Shown here piece by piece: positions 1 through 7,380 of a stretch of 64,000 nt of DNA. The translations under genes were made by a program, and so were the position numbers. Source of the DNA: a virus. Its lineage: Duplodnaviria; Caudoviricetes. The stretch lies in IMG/VR virus record IMGVR_UViG_3300030090_002325, positions 2,067 to 66,066 of that record. The stretch is one strand, 5' to 3'. The notes beneath the pieces were generated by a model, which did no database searches, had not been told where the DNA came from, and was given only the letters and a program-made list of their open reading frames with translations. Within the stretch, counting starts at the first letter, position 1. Every line of letters begins with the position of its first letter.

Positions 1-1
1 T

Positions 2-30
2 GAACATTTGGCTATGATAGCCATTTGTTC
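2..30. repeat. 29-bp dispersed palindrome, copy 1
   Basis: gaac attt ggcta tga tagcc attt gttc; directly upstream of a -35 box; followed by an extra half-site (cgaacaaat). Confidence 0.95.
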
Positions 31-41
31 CGAACAAATAT

Positions 42-70
42 CTTGACTTTGCCAATTTTCCTGTTAGTGT
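42..70 (+). promoter_or_regulatory. Early sigma70-type promoter P1
   Basis: TTGACT (43-48), 16-nt spacer, extended -10 TGtTAGTGT (62-70); closely similar copy at 1801-1829. Confidence 0.7.
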
Positions 71-123
71 ATTTCTTGTAAGGAACAATCCTGTTCGTTA
101 CTTAATCAATGGAGGTTCATCTT

Positions 124-867
124 ATGAATGAATCAAAAGCGCGTGAACTTTTGGGTATATCAGCCAAAAGTTCGTTTCACCTCAACGCCTCTCAGTTACA
201 GGCGGTAGAGGTTGCAGTCTCTGGTATACAAGATTACGAGTTGACATCTGGTCAACTTCGTAACAAGGAGCAAGAGTTAGCTCTTGCGTTCTATAATGTG
301 GTGAGCGACAACGGGGTTATCCCTGTTGAAAGCTTTGATTACAACACTTGGACTATGGGTAGAAAGCTCATAACCAAAGCTTGTGTTACAGCTTATGAGT
401 TAAGCGAAGATAGAGTACGCCATATTCTTGGCGCGTCTATTAAGTTACTGACTAATGAAGGTATTGTGGTCGGTGATATTGAAATTCCTGCAATAACTAA
501 ACCTGCAAAGGCAACACCTGATGCAGTTCGCATGAGTGCTAAACGTAAGGCTCAAGCGGAAAAGTTCGATGGTCTCAGTGATTCTCAAATTGAATCGAAA
601 GCTGAGGAATTGGCTCAGGATATGAGTACCATAGCTGAGGCAGGGGAGTTCGCGGCGGAACTACAAAAACGCAAGAAAGCTCAGGACAAAGCGACTGAGA
701 AAGCCGAGCGTGAAAGTAGAACTGAGCTTAACAAAGCTGTTCGTAGTAGTCTGAAAGATGTGTCTACTGAGTTGGCAGGTTACATGGCATGGTTAACAAA
801 ACATGAACATGATGAATCTGACTTCATAGTTAAACAGATTAACGCTTGGAAAGAATACACAAGCTAA
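124..867 (+). CDS. Hypothetical early protein with Lys/Glu/Ala-rich coiled-coil C-terminus
   Basis: Long ORF; GGAGG at 111-115 favours the ATG at 124; followed by a terminator. Confidence 0.85.
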   Translation: MNESKARELLGISAKSSFHLNASQLQAVEVAVSGIQDYELTSGQLRNKEQELALAFYNVVSDNGVIPVESFDYNTWTMGRKLITKACVTAYELSEDRVRHILGASIKLLTNEGIVVGDIEIPAITKPAKATPDAVRMSAKRKAQAEKFDGLSDSQIESKAEELAQDMSTIAEAGEFAAELQKRKKAQDKATEKAERESRTELNKAVRSSLKDVSTELAGYMAWLTKHEHDESDFIVKQINAWKEYTS

Positions 868-885
868 TTAATCTGGTAGTTAATT

Positions 886-914
886 AAACCCCACCATTTC
901 GGTGGGGTTTTTTT
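886..914 (+). terminator. Rho-independent terminator
   Basis: AAACCCCACC-atttc-GGTGGGGTTT followed by a T tract, just after the stop at 867. Confidence 0.9.
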
Positions 915-931
915 ATGCCTGTAATCAATTT

Positions 932-960
932 GAACATTTGGTTATGTTAGCCAAATGTTC
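932..960. repeat. 29-bp dispersed palindrome, copy 2
   Basis: gaac attt ggtta tgt tagcc aaat gttc. Confidence 0.95.
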
Positions 961-1113
961 ACCTAGTCAACTTTGTCATCTGATACCTTCCCTCATTTAC
1001 CTTCCCTTATCATAGTTATACATCTATACAACGGTCATAAGGGAGTTACATGTACGGTCATAAGGGAGTGTGATGCACTGAACTGGTTTGGTTTGGGGGA
1101 AGGTCAACGAAGC

Positions 1114-1142
1114 TAACATTTGGTCATGATAGCCAAATGTTC
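1114..1142. repeat. 29-bp dispersed palindrome, copy 3 (degenerate left arm)
   Basis: taac attt ggtca tga tagcc aaat gttc. Confidence 0.9.
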
Positions 1143-1212
1143 ACCGAGTTAACTTCGCGACATTGTGTCGCGTTATTGTCAAGTTAACTTCGTGATACTG
1201 CATTGCACAATG

Positions 1213-1576
1213 TGTAATTTTGTAATAATAGGTGTAATTTTATAAACGTAGTAATAGCAAGGGTTTCAGCTGTATTATTACATTATTACATTATTACACT
1301 AAATAAATTAGCTTTAGCAAAATAAAAATTGATCAAAATATACCATCTGTATATTCTTCGTTATCTTCGTTCAAAGAAGATACGCAGTGCAGAGTTCTTG
1401 GCAAAAACGTGTAATTTTGTAATTTTACTTAGTTATCATACACATAGCGTGTAATGATACAAAGCTAACGAAGCTCAAACATGTAATTTTACTTACTATT
1501 CAATAACTTAAGGTGTAATTTTATACTCATTCAAATCTGTAATTTTACACGCAAATCAAACACTTAATAAAATTAC
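1213..1576. repeat. Cluster of TGTAATTTT iteron-like repeats in AT-rich non-coding DNA (candidate origin)
   Basis: Exact TGTAATTTT at 1213, 1233, 1410, 1418, 1482, 1514, 1538; inverted ATTACA x3 at 1277-1298; AAAATTAC at 1569. Confidence 0.8.
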
Positions 1577-1725
1577 GTCAAATCAATCCTCTTCCGACAT
1601 TATGACGTTCTCCCCTCATTCACCACCCAATACGACAAAATGTCTATACAGAACGTATATTTATTTATACCATCTGTATAGACAAAATTGTACCTTTTAT
1701 ACCATCTGTATATACCATCTGTATA
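1339..1725. repeat. TATAC-N5-GTATA repeats (TATACCATCTGTATA)
   Basis: Exact 15-mer at 1339, 1666, 1698, 1711; variant TATACAGAACGTATA at 1645. Confidence 0.85.
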
Positions 1726-1800
1726 TCATTTTACTTTGGAGCATCACCAACCCCAAAACTATGTTCACCCCATTTAGGCGACAAAATGTCGAACATTAAA

Positions 1801-1829
1801 CTTGACTTTATCAATAATTCTGTTAGTGT
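1801..1829 (+). promoter_or_regulatory. Early sigma70-type promoter P2
   Basis: CTTGACTTT...CTGTTAGTGT with the same boxes and spacing as 42-70. Confidence 0.7.
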
Positions 1830-1883
1830 GATATACATGGGGAGAAGGTATAAATGTTCGCACTGGCGGACTTTATACACCTC

Positions 1884-1912
1884 GAACAAATGGTTATGTT
1901 AGCCACTTGTTC
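1884..1912. repeat. 29-bp dispersed palindrome, copy 4
   Basis: gaac aaat ggtta tgt tagcc actt gttc. Confidence 0.95.
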
Positions 1913-2026
1913 ACACCATTTCGAGTGGTATAAGAGGAAGATTACAGGGACAAAGTTAACCTCTCTCCATTGATTGGAAAGGATACCGTAAGACTTATAC
2001 CACTCACTTTTAAAAGGAGAATCAAC

Positions 2027-2251
2027 ATGGCACTTCGTCAACCTGAAACTAAAGCTGACGTGTACGCATACTTAGATTCTGAACAACGCGCGGCTCTCTA
2101 TGGCGCACTAAGACATATTAATACTGACGCACAACGAGCGTTCTTTTTTGAGGTCTTAGGTAGCAAGTTCTTTCTTAAAGGACGTGGGTTTTCAGACGCT
2201 CTACACAGTGCAAAATCAGCATTCGTTGATAAATTTGTTTATCGTAAATAA
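2027..2251 (+). CDS. Hypothetical early protein (MALRQPETKAD...)
   Basis: AAGGAG RBS before the ATG at 2027, inside track ORF 1970..2251. Confidence 0.75.
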   Translation: MALRQPETKADVYAYLDSEQRAALYGALRHINTDAQRAFFFEVLGSKFFLKGRGFSDALHSAKSAFVDKFVYRK

Positions 2252-2264
2252 GTTAACATCACCA

Positions 2265-2293
2265 GAACAAACGGCTACGTTAGCCGTTTGTTC
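2265..2293. repeat. 29-bp dispersed palindrome, copy 5 (perfect inverted repeat)
   Basis: gaac aaac ggcta cgt tagcc gttt gttc; between stop 2251 and the RBS of the next gene. Confidence 0.95.
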
Positions 2294-2315
2294 ACTTTTT
2301 AAAAGGAGAATCAAC

Positions 2316-2495
2316 ATGACGGTATCAAACAAAGAGCACAAGATGCTCGAACTCGCAGGATATTTCTACCACTCAGCTCACAGATGGTCAGCACCCATGT
2401 GTGTCCTTCAAGCATGTAAAGAGTACAACATATCTTTACACCCACATATGTTCCGACTGTTCACCTTACACCTCACACACGGAGCAACCATATAA
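2316..2495 (+). CDS. Hypothetical early protein (MTVSNKEHKM...)
   Basis: Same leader TTTTAAAAGGAGAATCAACATG as the gene at 2027. Confidence 0.7.
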   Translation: MTVSNKEHKMLELAGYFYHSAHRWSAPMCVLQACKEYNISLHPHMFRLFTLHLTHGATI

Positions 2496-2515
2496 CACCA
2501 ACATTCACAACCCCC

Positions 2516-2544
2516 GAACTTGTGGCTCGTATAGCCATTTGTTC
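2516..2544. repeat. 29-bp dispersed palindrome, copy 6
   Basis: gaac ttgt ggctc gta tagcc attt gttc, flanked by ccc/ggg. Confidence 0.9.
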
Positions 2545-2567
2545 GGGATTTCATAGGAGTAAATAAC

Positions 2568-2783
2568 ATGAAACTAAAAGACACAATAGAAATAGCTAGT
2601 CTTGACGATGGCGACATTATCGCAGTCAATGAAGAACATGATGTGGGAGAGATAGCCATAGCAGGTTCGACTGAAGATTTTATAGAGCATGAAATGCATA
2701 AAGCCAATAACACAGAGGGAGAAGATTTGGCGAAGGGTACATACATTCTACTAAAAGCCGTAGGCACGTTGGAGGTGAAGTAA
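2568..2783 (+). CDS. Hypothetical acidic protein
   Basis: ORF with AGGAG RBS. Confidence 0.75.
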   Translation: MKLKDTIEIASLDDGDIIAVNEEHDVGEIAIAGSTEDFIEHEMHKANNTEGEDLAKGTYILLKAVGTLEVK

Positions 2784-3046
2784 TGAGTAGATATTTAGCT
2801 ACGGAAACAAGAGATAAAAAAGACAAAAGACGTAGTAAGCGTTGGTTCAAAAGAAAATACTCCAGTTCGAGAAAGGTTAATACTCATGGGTGTATGTACT
2901 CCAAGAGCCAAGCTGAAAGGGCGAGTGCTATAGCGGAAACTGGTTTTGGAATACTGCCTTTAGAATATAGAAAAATGCGTAGAAGAAATGGTGGTGCTTG
3001 GGGAAGAGTTAGTTTTCGGTTATTGGAAAAATGGAAAACAGCATAG
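2783..3046 (+). CDS. Hypothetical basic protein
   Basis: TAATG coupling; GGAGG RBS. Confidence 0.7.
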   Translation: MSRYLATETRDKKDKRRSKRWFKRKYSSSRKVNTHGCMYSKSQAERASAIAETGFGILPLEYRKMRRRNGGAWGRVSFRLLEKWKTA

Positions 3047-3057
3047 GAGGAAACCAC

Positions 3058-3186
3058 ATGAAAACCATCACCATTGAAGTTATGGGAGGTTGTGTTGTTG
3101 ATGTAAATAACCTACCCGAAGGATATACCTATGAGATTTATGACCACGATTTAACTGATGAGGAGGAAGTAAATGAGAAAATCTAA
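3058..3186 (+). CDS. Small hypothetical protein, 42 aa (MKTITIEVMGGCVVDV...)
   Basis: Read by eye, below the track cutoff; AGGAGG RBS. Confidence 0.65.
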   Translation: MKTITIEVMGGCVVDVNNLPEGYTYEIYDHDLTDEEEVNEKI

Positions 3187-3292
3187 AGAAAGAAAGCAGA
3201 AACGCAAGAGACTATTGGCATCACAAATTCGCAAGAAACGTGAAGAGAAAGAGGCCAAACGTAAAGCTAAAGAGGAGGCTAAAAATGCCTAA
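3173..3292 (+). CDS. Small Lys/Arg-rich peptide, 39 aa (MRKSKERKQKRKR...)
   Basis: Read by eye; GAGGAGG RBS; fills the gap between overlapping neighbours. Confidence 0.55.
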   Translation: MRKSKERKQKRKRLLASQIRKKREEKEAKRKAKEEAKNA

Positions 3293-3461
3293 ATACGAAG
3301 TAACTTTCCTAGACCATTTTGAAGCAGATAAGGTAGAAGATATATATGAATGGTTACTTACTTATATGGAAGAGTGTGTAAGGAATGAAGATGTCGAAGG
3401 GTTTAATTTTAGATTAATAAATGAGGAGGAGGAGAATGCGGAACAAACTCAAAAGACTTAA
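3285..3461 (+). CDS. Hypothetical protein (MPKYEVTF...)
   Basis: GAGGAGG RBS before the ATG at 3285. Confidence 0.7.
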   Translation: MPKYEVTFLDHFEADKVEDIYEWLLTYMEECVRNEDVEGFNFRLINEEEENAEQTQKT

Positions 3462-3852
3462 CAACAAAGAGAGGTCAGAGGCATGGAGGTGGCTATATCG
3501 GCATATTAAGTATTTAGCTAAAAACAATACAAAGCCACGTGGCTACCAATACGATAGCAGTATTGCTAAGTGCAGAATTATAAACAAGGTTCTCGATCAA
3601 AATAGATGGGCGAGAAGTTTAGAAGGGTATATAGGTAATCTCAGAAACGAATTATACCCATTTCAACTATGGAGAATAACCCAATGGACGCAGGGGCTTG
3701 AGCATCACTGGGATTGGGACAACCTGCCATTTCCTAAGGAAGTTATTGTTAATGTCCGTAAAAAATGTGCAGGTTGGGAACCTGCATTTTTGACTGAGAA
3801 AATACTTAAGAAGTACCAACCTAAACGTAAAGCTTTTAAATTAAGGAGGTAA
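3436..3852 (+). CDS. Hypothetical Trp-rich basic protein
   Basis: GGAGGAG RBS before the ATG at 3436. Confidence 0.7.
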   Translation: MRNKLKRLNNKERSEAWRWLYRHIKYLAKNNTKPRGYQYDSSIAKCRIINKVLDQNRWARSLEGYIGNLRNELYPFQLWRITQWTQGLEHHWDWDNLPFPKEVIVNVRKKCAGWEPAFLTEKILKKYQPKRKAFKLRR

Positions 3853-3856
3853 TGAA

Positions 3857-4105
3857 ATGAAATTTAAAATACTAATCACAATCGAGAAACCCCTAGCCAG
3901 AATGAAATTTAGATATATGGATAAACAAGATGGGGGGGTTATTGAGGAAGAAGAATGGTCTCATAAACGCTTTGAATCCAGAGCCGAAGCTACGAAGGCT
4001 TACCATGCTCTCATAGCGAAGTTAGAGGACGAAGTTAACTATGCTCAAGAAACATTAAATGCCCTAGTAGAGAATGGACAAATAGTGGAGGTGAAAGATG
4101 AGTAA
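3857..4105 (+). CDS. Hypothetical protein
   Basis: AAGGAGG RBS. Confidence 0.75.
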   Translation: MKFKILITIEKPLARMKFRYMDKQDGGVIEEEEWSHKRFESRAEATKAYHALIAKLEDEVNYAQETLNALVENGQIVEVKDE

Positions 4106-4262
4106 AGAAGTTACAGCAGAAAACGTGGAAACATGGTTGGGTTCAGATTGGTCGTGGAGTGATTTGATGATGATGATAGCTGAGATAGCAAATGGAGAGT
4201 ATGAACCACAGAACCTAAAGAAAGACATACTAGAACTAGTGGAGGGGGAAGAAAATGGGTAG
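4098..4262 (+). CDS. Small hypothetical protein, 54 aa (MSKEVTAENVETWLG...)
   Basis: Read by eye; GGAGG RBS; overlaps both neighbours by a few nt. Confidence 0.7.
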   Translation: MSKEVTAENVETWLGSDWSWSDLMMMIAEIANGEYEPQNLKKDILELVEGEENG

Positions 4263-4743
4263 ATACTACTCAGGCGATATCGAAGGGAAGTTCTGGTTTG
4301 CCTGTCAGAGCAGTGATGATGCGGATAGCTTTGGTGTAACAGGTACACCACCTGACGACAGGTTGGTTTATTATTTTAGGGAACAAGATATGCCTAAAAT
4401 TGAACAAGGTTTGAAGGACTGTATAGACCAACTGAATGCCTATAGTCCGATGTTACTTGACCTTCTAGACGCATACCACTTTGGTTGGTTCAATACAGAG
4501 AAAGGAGTTTATGAGGATTCGGAGGAATGGCTTTCGCAGAGTGATGAATCCATACCCACTGCTAATATTCAGTTAGCAAGAAAGCATAAGAGTCAGGACG
4601 AAATGATACGAGCTAACAGTATTATATTGGGAGAGACAGATACAAATACTGTAGATGAAGTTTATGCCCGATTAATATTAGGCAGAAAGATTCATAAATG
4701 TGTTGAGAGAACAGAGCAATGTTGGTTTGAAGCCGAACTATAA
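4255..4743 (+). CDS. Conserved-looking phage hypothetical protein (MGRYYSGDIEGKFWF...)
   Basis: ORF with RBS; N- and C-terminal motifs resemble a recurring phage family. Confidence 0.8.
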   Translation: MGRYYSGDIEGKFWFACQSSDDADSFGVTGTPPDDRLVYYFREQDMPKIEQGLKDCIDQLNAYSPMLLDLLDAYHFGWFNTEKGVYEDSEEWLSQSDESIPTANIQLARKHKSQDEMIRANSIILGETDTNTVDEVYARLILGRKIHKCVERTEQCWFEAEL

Positions 4744-4764
4744 ACTAAATAGAGGAGAGAGAAT

Positions 4765-6054
4765 ATGTTTCAATCATTAAAAAGACACGTCCCTCAATTT
4801 AACTCATGGTTAGATGTGGAACGCAGATACAGACAAACACAGCACTGTAGAACTGATGCGCCAATGGTCAGACGCTTATGTGATGATGGCTCTGATTCGT
4901 ATGGGCGTAGAAATAAAAATCTACTGTTGGAACGTGTACATGGCGGTACGAAACCAAATGAGGATTGCTTTCAAGTTTTATACTATGGCACTGTTATTGC
5001 TAGGTTTTACAGAAAATACTATACGATAAACTTGGAAGGGTGGAACAGTAAGAGTACAAAAATAATACTAGAACAACTAACAGGAGCTACCATAAAAAAC
5101 TTTCACCCACTGCGCTACATACCAGATACATACCCATGTCTTGAAGTAAGAATACATGATGATGCTGACTATCATCAGACACAAGAGAGATTACTCATAC
5201 CTGATATAACTCTGACCAGAGGTAAACTAGGTACTCTCGCTGAAGCAAATGCACCCTCTACCCATTGCAAAGACATTCCTGTTAAAGAACAAGAAGTCAG
5301 TAAATACACAGAGATTAAATTCCCTGTGGATAATTATTGGGTTGATGAAGAAAATAAACTGGTGGCAACACGTGGTATATCTACAATAGACAAAGAGAAC
5401 CGCAATTGGAAGGGGATAGTTTTTTTAGAGTCAGATGAAGAAGCTCATACAATGCGTATACCTGTACGCCCAGTCTCATGTGCGGAGTTAGTTTGGTTTC
5501 CTAAAGGTGTTACACCTCGTCTCCCCACTCGTGGAAGTAATACTTTTAATAACCCTAAAGCAGGTTACCTATTCACTTCTAGGGAAACATATAAATTTGA
5601 TTACGATGGTTCACCTATAACACGTAGAAATTTCTGTAAGTTCTACAAATATAAGATCGATAGAAAAGAATTAAATAAAACTAGAAAAAATATTCAAAGA
5701 TTCCTTGATTATATTGGGGCTTATATGAAGTTATGTTCTGAAGATGGGGGCGACACGGTAATTATTAATAAGGACGAACCAAAATATATGGGGGGTTTAC
5801 AACAACATGAAATGTTTGCTCTTTTATATTGGTATTGTCTAAAAGATAAACCTAAAACTGTACGAGAGTTCTTTAACAGCACAGAAGAGGGAACACTGTG
5901 GGCAGACATGCTAACCGCATTACAGCAGAGCAATAAACGACACGCTCTGGGAATGAACAATAATAAACTTACCATTAGCTGTGCCTCAGTGATTGAAGAT
6001 TTAGATAGAATTATTAAACATGCTAACCCACGTACATTAGTACGAGTTAGCTAA
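4765..6054 (+). CDS. Hypothetical protein, 429 aa
   Basis: Long ORF; GAGGAG RBS. Confidence 0.85.
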   Translation: MFQSLKRHVPQFNSWLDVERRYRQTQHCRTDAPMVRRLCDDGSDSYGRRNKNLLLERVHGGTKPNEDCFQVLYYGTVIARFYRKYYTINLEGWNSKSTKIILEQLTGATIKNFHPLRYIPDTYPCLEVRIHDDADYHQTQERLLIPDITLTRGKLGTLAEANAPSTHCKDIPVKEQEVSKYTEIKFPVDNYWVDEENKLVATRGISTIDKENRNWKGIVFLESDEEAHTMRIPVRPVSCAELVWFPKGVTPRLPTRGSNTFNNPKAGYLFTSRETYKFDYDGSPITRRNFCKFYKYKIDRKELNKTRKNIQRFLDYIGAYMKLCSEDGGDTVIINKDEPKYMGGLQQHEMFALLYWYCLKDKPKTVREFFNSTEEGTLWADMLTALQQSNKRHALGMNNNKLTISCASVIEDLDRIIKHANPRTLVRVS

Positions 6055-6057
6055 CCC

Positions 6058-6086
6058 GAACTTTTGGCTACAACAGCCAGAAGTTC
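6058..6086. repeat. 29-bp dispersed palindrome, copy 7
   Basis: gaac tttt ggcta caa cagcc agaa gttc; 3 nt after stop 6054, before the RBS of the AAA gene. Confidence 0.9.
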
Positions 6087-6107
6087 ACAACTTAAAAGGA
6101 GAAGAAG

Positions 6108-7154
6108 ATGGAAACGACAGTTAGTTTAAAAGAAGCTGAAGAGTTAATTGCCCAAGTGGGTAAGGATTTAACTGTACACCTCAGAGGACAACCCGGAATT
6201 GGGAAGTCCACACTGCTCACCACACTAGCCAAGAGATTCCCTGACCATACGCCTGTCTATATTGACTGTGCTGACTTGGACTTGGGTGACTTGGCTATGC
6301 CGGCCATGAATCATGAAACAAAGACCACAGCGTTCTATCCGAACGAAAGGTTCGCAGTACACAAAGGCACACCTGTGCTTGTGATGCTTGATGAGATAAC
6401 CAAAGCGTCTGAGCCTGTCAAGAATATGCTGTTGCCTGTGATGCTTGAACGCAGACTAGGGGCAGTGGAGTTTCACCCTGATAGCATAGTGTTTTCCACA
6501 GGTAACCTCACGACTGATGCTGTGGGAGACCACTTGAAAGCTCATGCTAAGAACAGGGTTAGTCAGGTAACAGTACGTAATCCTAGCGATGAAGAATGGC
6601 TAGAGTGGGGTAGTAAGAATGACCAAGCACCAGAAGTTCTGGCTTGGGTTCATCAGTTCCCTCATTGTCTGGCATGTTACACAGATAAATCCCAAGAGGA
6701 GAACATGTATATCTATAACCCTGCTAAACAACAGGACGCGTTCGTGTCACCACGTTCACTAGCTAAATCATCATTCATAGTGAAAGCAAGGCATGAACTT
6801 GGAGAGAATGCCACGATGGTAGCACTTGCAGGTACTATCGGTGAAGCCGCGGCTCGTGATATGTCAGCGTTCTTTAGTTTGGCTGATGGTCTTCCGAGTA
6901 GACAAGCTGTGTATAGCTCACCAGATACTGCGAAGTTACCTGATGATCCTGCGGCTAGAGTTATATTAGTTATGCGAGAGATACAAGCATATGACAAGAA
7001 AACTTTTGACGCAGTCGTCACATATATGAAGAGATTTCCTAAAGAGTTACAAGCTCTCTTCTTCCATTCAATTACAAAATCACCCCATCAATTTGAAGTA
7101 GCAAAACTAAAATCATTTATGCAATGGGTGAATGAGAACCACCAATTTTTATAG
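6108..7154 (+). CDS. MoxR/dynein-related AAA+ ATPase
   Basis: Walker A GQPGIGKS, Walker B VMLDEI, sensor TGN, SPRS motif. Confidence 0.9.
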   Translation: METTVSLKEAEELIAQVGKDLTVHLRGQPGIGKSTLLTTLAKRFPDHTPVYIDCADLDLGDLAMPAMNHETKTTAFYPNERFAVHKGTPVLVMLDEITKASEPVKNMLLPVMLERRLGAVEFHPDSIVFSTGNLTTDAVGDHLKAHAKNRVSQVTVRNPSDEEWLEWGSKNDQAPEVLAWVHQFPHCLACYTDKSQEENMYIYNPAKQQDAFVSPRSLAKSSFIVKARHELGENATMVALAGTIGEAAARDMSAFFSLADGLPSRQAVYSSPDTAKLPDDPAARVILVMREIQAYDKKTFDAVVTYMKRFPKELQALFFHSITKSPHQFEVAKLKSFMQWVNENHQFL

Positions 7155-7164
7155 GAGGATAGTG

Positions 7165-7380
7165 ATGAGTAAAGAGTGGCAAGATGTAGATAAAGTTAAC
7201 AAAGCTATAGAAACATTAGATACTTTTGTTTCCGATTCTTTAGACGCTTTAGATTGGTCAGATAAAGACTTAAATAAAGCAGAGTACGGATGGAGTTTAA
7301 TCAAAAAGAGACTAAAGGAGTTTGAAAAACTTGAGGACTGTCTTAAAGAGATAGAAATAAGGAGGCTAACTGATGGCTAA
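7165..7380 (+). CDS. Small hypothetical protein between the AAA and VWA genes
   Basis: AGGAGG RBS before the ATG at 7165. Confidence 0.75.
   Translation: MSKEWQDVDKVNKAIETLDTFVSDSLDALDWSDKDLNKAEYGWSLIKKRLKEFEKLEDCLKEIEIRRLTDG

Noticed and set aside
1602-2041. Track ORFs 1602..1799 (+) and 1823..2041 (-)
   Set aside because: They run through repeat, promoter and palindrome sequence, lack an RBS, and the first simply translates the TATACCATCTGTATA repeats.
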